Below, piece by piece: positions 61,350-64,000 of a DNA stretch of 64,000 nt. The DNA is taken from the NCBI GenBank assembly GCA_041651095.1, contig JBAZJV010000004.1, positions 7,735 to 71,734 of the forward strand, in the 5' to 3' direction. This DNA is from Patescibacteria group bacterium. GTDB taxonomy: Bacteria > Patescibacteriota > Patescibacteriia > Patescibacteriales > UBA12465. The notes under the pieces are model-generated. The model made no database searches, was not told the origin of the DNA, and was given only the letters and a program-made list of their open reading frames with translations. The translations under genes and the position numbers were made by a program. Position 1 is the stretch's first letter. Each line of letters starts with the position of its first letter.

Positions 61350-62192
61350 TTATTTTTTCGTTTTCTTCTTGGTTTCCTTCTTTTCCTTCTTCTCTTTCTT
61401 TTCCTTCTTGTCTTCCGGCGCTTCGGCTGCCGTCTCGTCTGCCGGCGTTGCCTCATCTGCCGTATTCTCGGAAACCGGCTGTTCAATCGCCGACTCTTCT
61501 TCCGGCGCTTGGTTCAAGAAGGAACTGTACTGATCGACCAGAATCTTGACCGCTTCGTTAAAGGCCTCTTCCGGCGTGATTGTGCCGTCCGTCTTGACGT
61601 GCAGAATAAGCTTGTCCCAATTGGTCATCTTGCCGACGCGAGTATTTTCGATGCTGATACTGACCAGGATGACCGGCGAAAAAATCGAATCGATCTCAAT
61701 GTAGCCGATTTCCCGATTTTCTCTCTTGGCGCCTTCGGCCAGCTTGTAGCCGCGGCCTTCCTTAACGACGATGTCCGCCTCCAGGCTGCCGGAATCATCC
61801 GTAATATGCGCCAAAACCAGCTCCGGATTCTTAATCGCGACCTGGGAATTCTTGGTGATATCGCCGGCCGTGACGGTCTTTTTCCCTTTGATTTTCAGTT
61901 CCAAATGGATCTCCTCTTCGGTAAAGACCTGTAAACGCAACTGCTTCAGATTGAGGATCATTTCCAAAACATCTTCTTTGACGTGCGGCACGGCCATGAA
62001 TTCATGGCTCGCTCCCTTGATCTTGACGCCGATGACGGCCGCGCCGGGCAAGGAAGAAAGTAAAACGCGGCGCAAAGAATTGCCTAAGGTCATGCCGTAG
62101 CCCGGGAACAAGGGCTCGACCGTGATTATCCCCTCTTTCGGATCCGAGCCGCTCTTGAATTCGATTTTTTTGGGCAAAGCAATGTTTTGCAT
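61350..62192 (-). CDS. rpoA: RNA polymerase alpha subunit (no alpha-CTD)
   Basis: EPL.PGYGMTLGNSLRRVLLSS, DSIFSPV, TDGTITP; low-complexity tail. Confidence 0.96.
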   Translation of the reverse strand: MQNIALPKKIEFKSGSDPKEGIITVEPLFPGYGMTLGNSLRRVLLSSLPGAAVIGVKIKGASHEFMAVPHVKEDVLEMILNLKQLRLQVFTEEEIHLELKIKGKKTVTAGDITKNSQVAIKNPELVLAHITDDSGSLEADIVVKEGRGYKLAEGAKRENREIGYIEIDSIFSPVILVSISIENTRVGKMTNWDKLILHVKTDGTITPEEAFNEAVKILVDQYSSFLNQAPEEESAIEQPVSENTADEATPADETAAEAPEDKKEKKEKKEKKETKKKTKK

Positions 62193-62239
62193 AAAATTTA
62201 TTCGGCCCGCGGAACTGGTCGCGCGCGGCTGAATGCTTA

Positions 62240-62869
62240 TTATTTCGAGTAATACTCAATGATGACCTGGACGTTCAGGTTCTGCGGCAAATCGTTTTCC
62301 GCCGGTTCATGGAGGACTTTCACGCTGGCATCGCTAGCGTCGAAATGGAGCCAGCTCGGGCGTTCCGCCTTCTTCAGCTGCTCTGCGTTATTTCTAAAAT
62401 ATGGCGAGCTCAGACTGCTCTTTTTCGGCTTGATGACCTGACCGGCCTTGACGGTGAAAGACGGAATATCGGTTTTGCGGTCGCTGACAGTGAAATGGCC
62501 GTGATTGACCAGCTGCCGGGCCGCGGCGCGGGAATTGGCCCAACCGGAACGATAAACGACGTTGTCTAAACGCATTTCGAGCGCCCGCAGGAAATTCTTG
62601 CCGGCGTCGCCGGATTTCTTGGCCGCTTTTTCAAAAATCAGATGGAATTGCTTTTCATATAAGCCATAGAACTTCTTGGCTTTCTGTTTTTCCGCCAACT
62701 GGGCGCCGTAATCGCTCAAACGCTTGCGGCCTTTCTGACCATGGAAACCAGGCGTGTAGTTGCGCTTGACGATAGCGCATTTCGGCGTATAGCAACGTTC
62801 TCCCTTGAGAAAGAGCTTTTCGCCGCTGCGGCGGCACTGTGCGCATTTGCTGTCGATACTTCTAGCCAT
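62240..62869 (-). CDS. rpsD: 30S ribosomal protein S4
   Basis: QLAEKQK, LEMRLDNVVYR, IIEYYSK. Confidence 0.98.
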   Translation of the reverse strand: MARSIDSKCAQCRRSGEKLFLKGERCYTPKCAIVKRNYTPGFHGQKGRKRLSDYGAQLAEKQKAKKFYGLYEKQFHLIFEKAAKKSGDAGKNFLRALEMRLDNVVYRSGWANSRAAARQLVNHGHFTVSDRKTDIPSFTVKAGQVIKPKKSSLSSPYFRNNAEQLKKAERPSWLHFDASDASVKVLHEPAENDLPQNLNVQVIIEYYSK

Positions 62870-62889
62870 AATGATATTATTTGCTTATT

Positions 62890-63480
62890 TTAGACGCGGC
62901 GGGGCTTTTTCGGCCGGCAACCGTTATGCGGCACCGGGGTCGTATCCTTGATGGCCACGACATTCAGACCGTTGGCGTTCAAGGCGCGGATCGCCGCTTC
63001 CCGGCCGGTGCCGACGCCGGAAACAAAAACGCTCACTTCTTCCAGGCCGTATTCCTCACGCGCTTTCTGAGCCGCTATTTTGGTGATGATCTGGGCGGCG
63101 TAAGGTGTCGCCTTCTTGGCGCCCTTAAAGCCGGCCAGACCGGCGCTCGCCCAGGCAATCACGTCGCCAGAGGTATCGGTCAGGGTGATCATGGTGTTAT
63201 TATAGGTCGCCTGGATATAGGCGCGACCGACTTTGACCGTTCGGGCCGTCTTCTTCTTTTTTTTCTTGACCAGCTTCTTCTTGGCCCGGGCCGCCTTATT
63301 CTTTTCCAGCTTCTGCTTGATTTCTTCCGGCAATTCTTCGTTCGCGGAATCAAAAGAAAAATCCGAGCTTTCCTTCTCTTCCTTCTCTTCTTTGGCTTCC
63401 TGGGTGGCCGCTTCGGCCGCCACGACGACCGGGGTCGTCTCGATTTCCGATTTGCTAGCTGCTTTTACTTCTTCAGACAT
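62890..63480 (-). CDS. rpsK: 30S ribosomal protein S11 with N-terminal extension
   Basis: [21 protein letters not shown]. Confidence 0.97.
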   Translation of the reverse strand: MSEEVKAASKSEIETTPVVVAAEAATQEAKEEKEEKESSDFSFDSANEELPEEIKQKLEKNKAARAKKKLVKKKKKKTARTVKVGRAYIQATYNNTMITLTDTSGDVIAWASAGLAGFKGAKKATPYAAQIITKIAAQKAREEYGLEEVSVFVSGVGTGREAAIRALNANGLNVVAIKDTTPVPHNGCRPKKPRRV

Positions 63481-63494
63481 ATGATATGTGTTTA

Positions 63495-63890
63495 TTAGGT
63501 CTTCTGCAGGCCGGCCTTGCTCTTGCCGCTGCCCATGGTCACGCGCTTATTGCCGCGGACGGTCCGGCTATTAGTTTTGGTCCGCTGTCCGCGCACCGGC
63601 AAATGCTTGCCGTGACGCAGGCCGCGATAGCAGCCGATTTCCCTCAGACGCTTGATATTGCTCTGAACCTCCCGGCGCAAATCCCCTTCCACCGTGTATT
63701 TCTTCTCCACGATTTCCCGCAGGGCGTTCGCTTCCGCCTCTTTCAGGTCTTTGACCCGGATATCCTTATTGACTTTGGCGGCGGCCAGGATTTTGTTCGC
63801 CGTGGTGCGGCCGATACCGTGGATATAGGTGAGAGCGATCTCTATTCTTTTGTCATTCGGGATATTGACTCCCGCGATTCTTACTGCCAT
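63495..63890 (-). CDS. rpsM: 30S ribosomal protein S13
   Basis: [22 protein letters not shown]. Confidence 0.98.
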   Translation of the reverse strand: MAVRIAGVNIPNDKRIEIALTYIHGIGRTTANKILAAAKVNKDIRVKDLKEAEANALREIVEKKYTVEGDLRREVQSNIKRLREIGCYRGLRHGKHLPVRGQRTKTNSRTVRGNKRVTMGSGKSKAGLQKT

Positions 63891-63910
63891 AGAATATTGA
63901 TATTAAAAAA

Positions 63911-64000
63911 TTACCCCTGTCTCTGCTTGTGCTTAGGGTTCTTGCAAATCACGTGCACCCGGCCGTTGCGTCGCACCACCTTGCAGTCCTTGCAGATTTT
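63911..64000 (-). CDS. rpmJ: 50S ribosomal protein L36 (5' end outside the window)
   Basis: KICKDCKVVRRNGRVHVICKNPKHKQRQG*. Confidence 0.95.
   Translation of the reverse strand, partial: KICKDCKVVRRNGRVHVICKNPKHKQRQG

Overview
A 64-kb chromosomal segment from a genome-reduced bacterium, most likely Patescibacteria/CPR (Parcubacteria-like). This is inferred from the missing rpmD/L30 in the spc operon, the SD-less core genes and the tRNA-Asn intron. The right half is core translation machinery, almost all on the minus strand: rpmJ-rpsM-K-D-rpoA-rplQ-rplM-rpsI, prfB, the str, S10 and spc operons, secY and map. The middle carries recO, ruvX, aspS, asnS, scpAB, dnaG and rpoD. The left third is accessory membrane and envelope genes. 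Highlights: (1) a three-gene unit of two small helical proteins plus a 1532-aa coiled-coil/hydrophobic-hairpin protein ending in a GT9 glycosyltransferase domain, resembling a delivered effector; (2) about ten scattered AT-rich orphan transcription units, most with a consensus sigma70 promoter, boxA-like motif, strong SD and terminator, which contrasts with the SD-less CATATG starts of core genes; (3) a tRNA-Asn(GUU) split inside the anticodon by a 230-nt group I intron; (4) an EamA transporter-riboflavin kinase fusion; (5) an RNA polymerase alpha subunit lacking its CTD; (6) three small ORFs missed by the ORF track. All calls are by-eye motif recognition; no database search was run.
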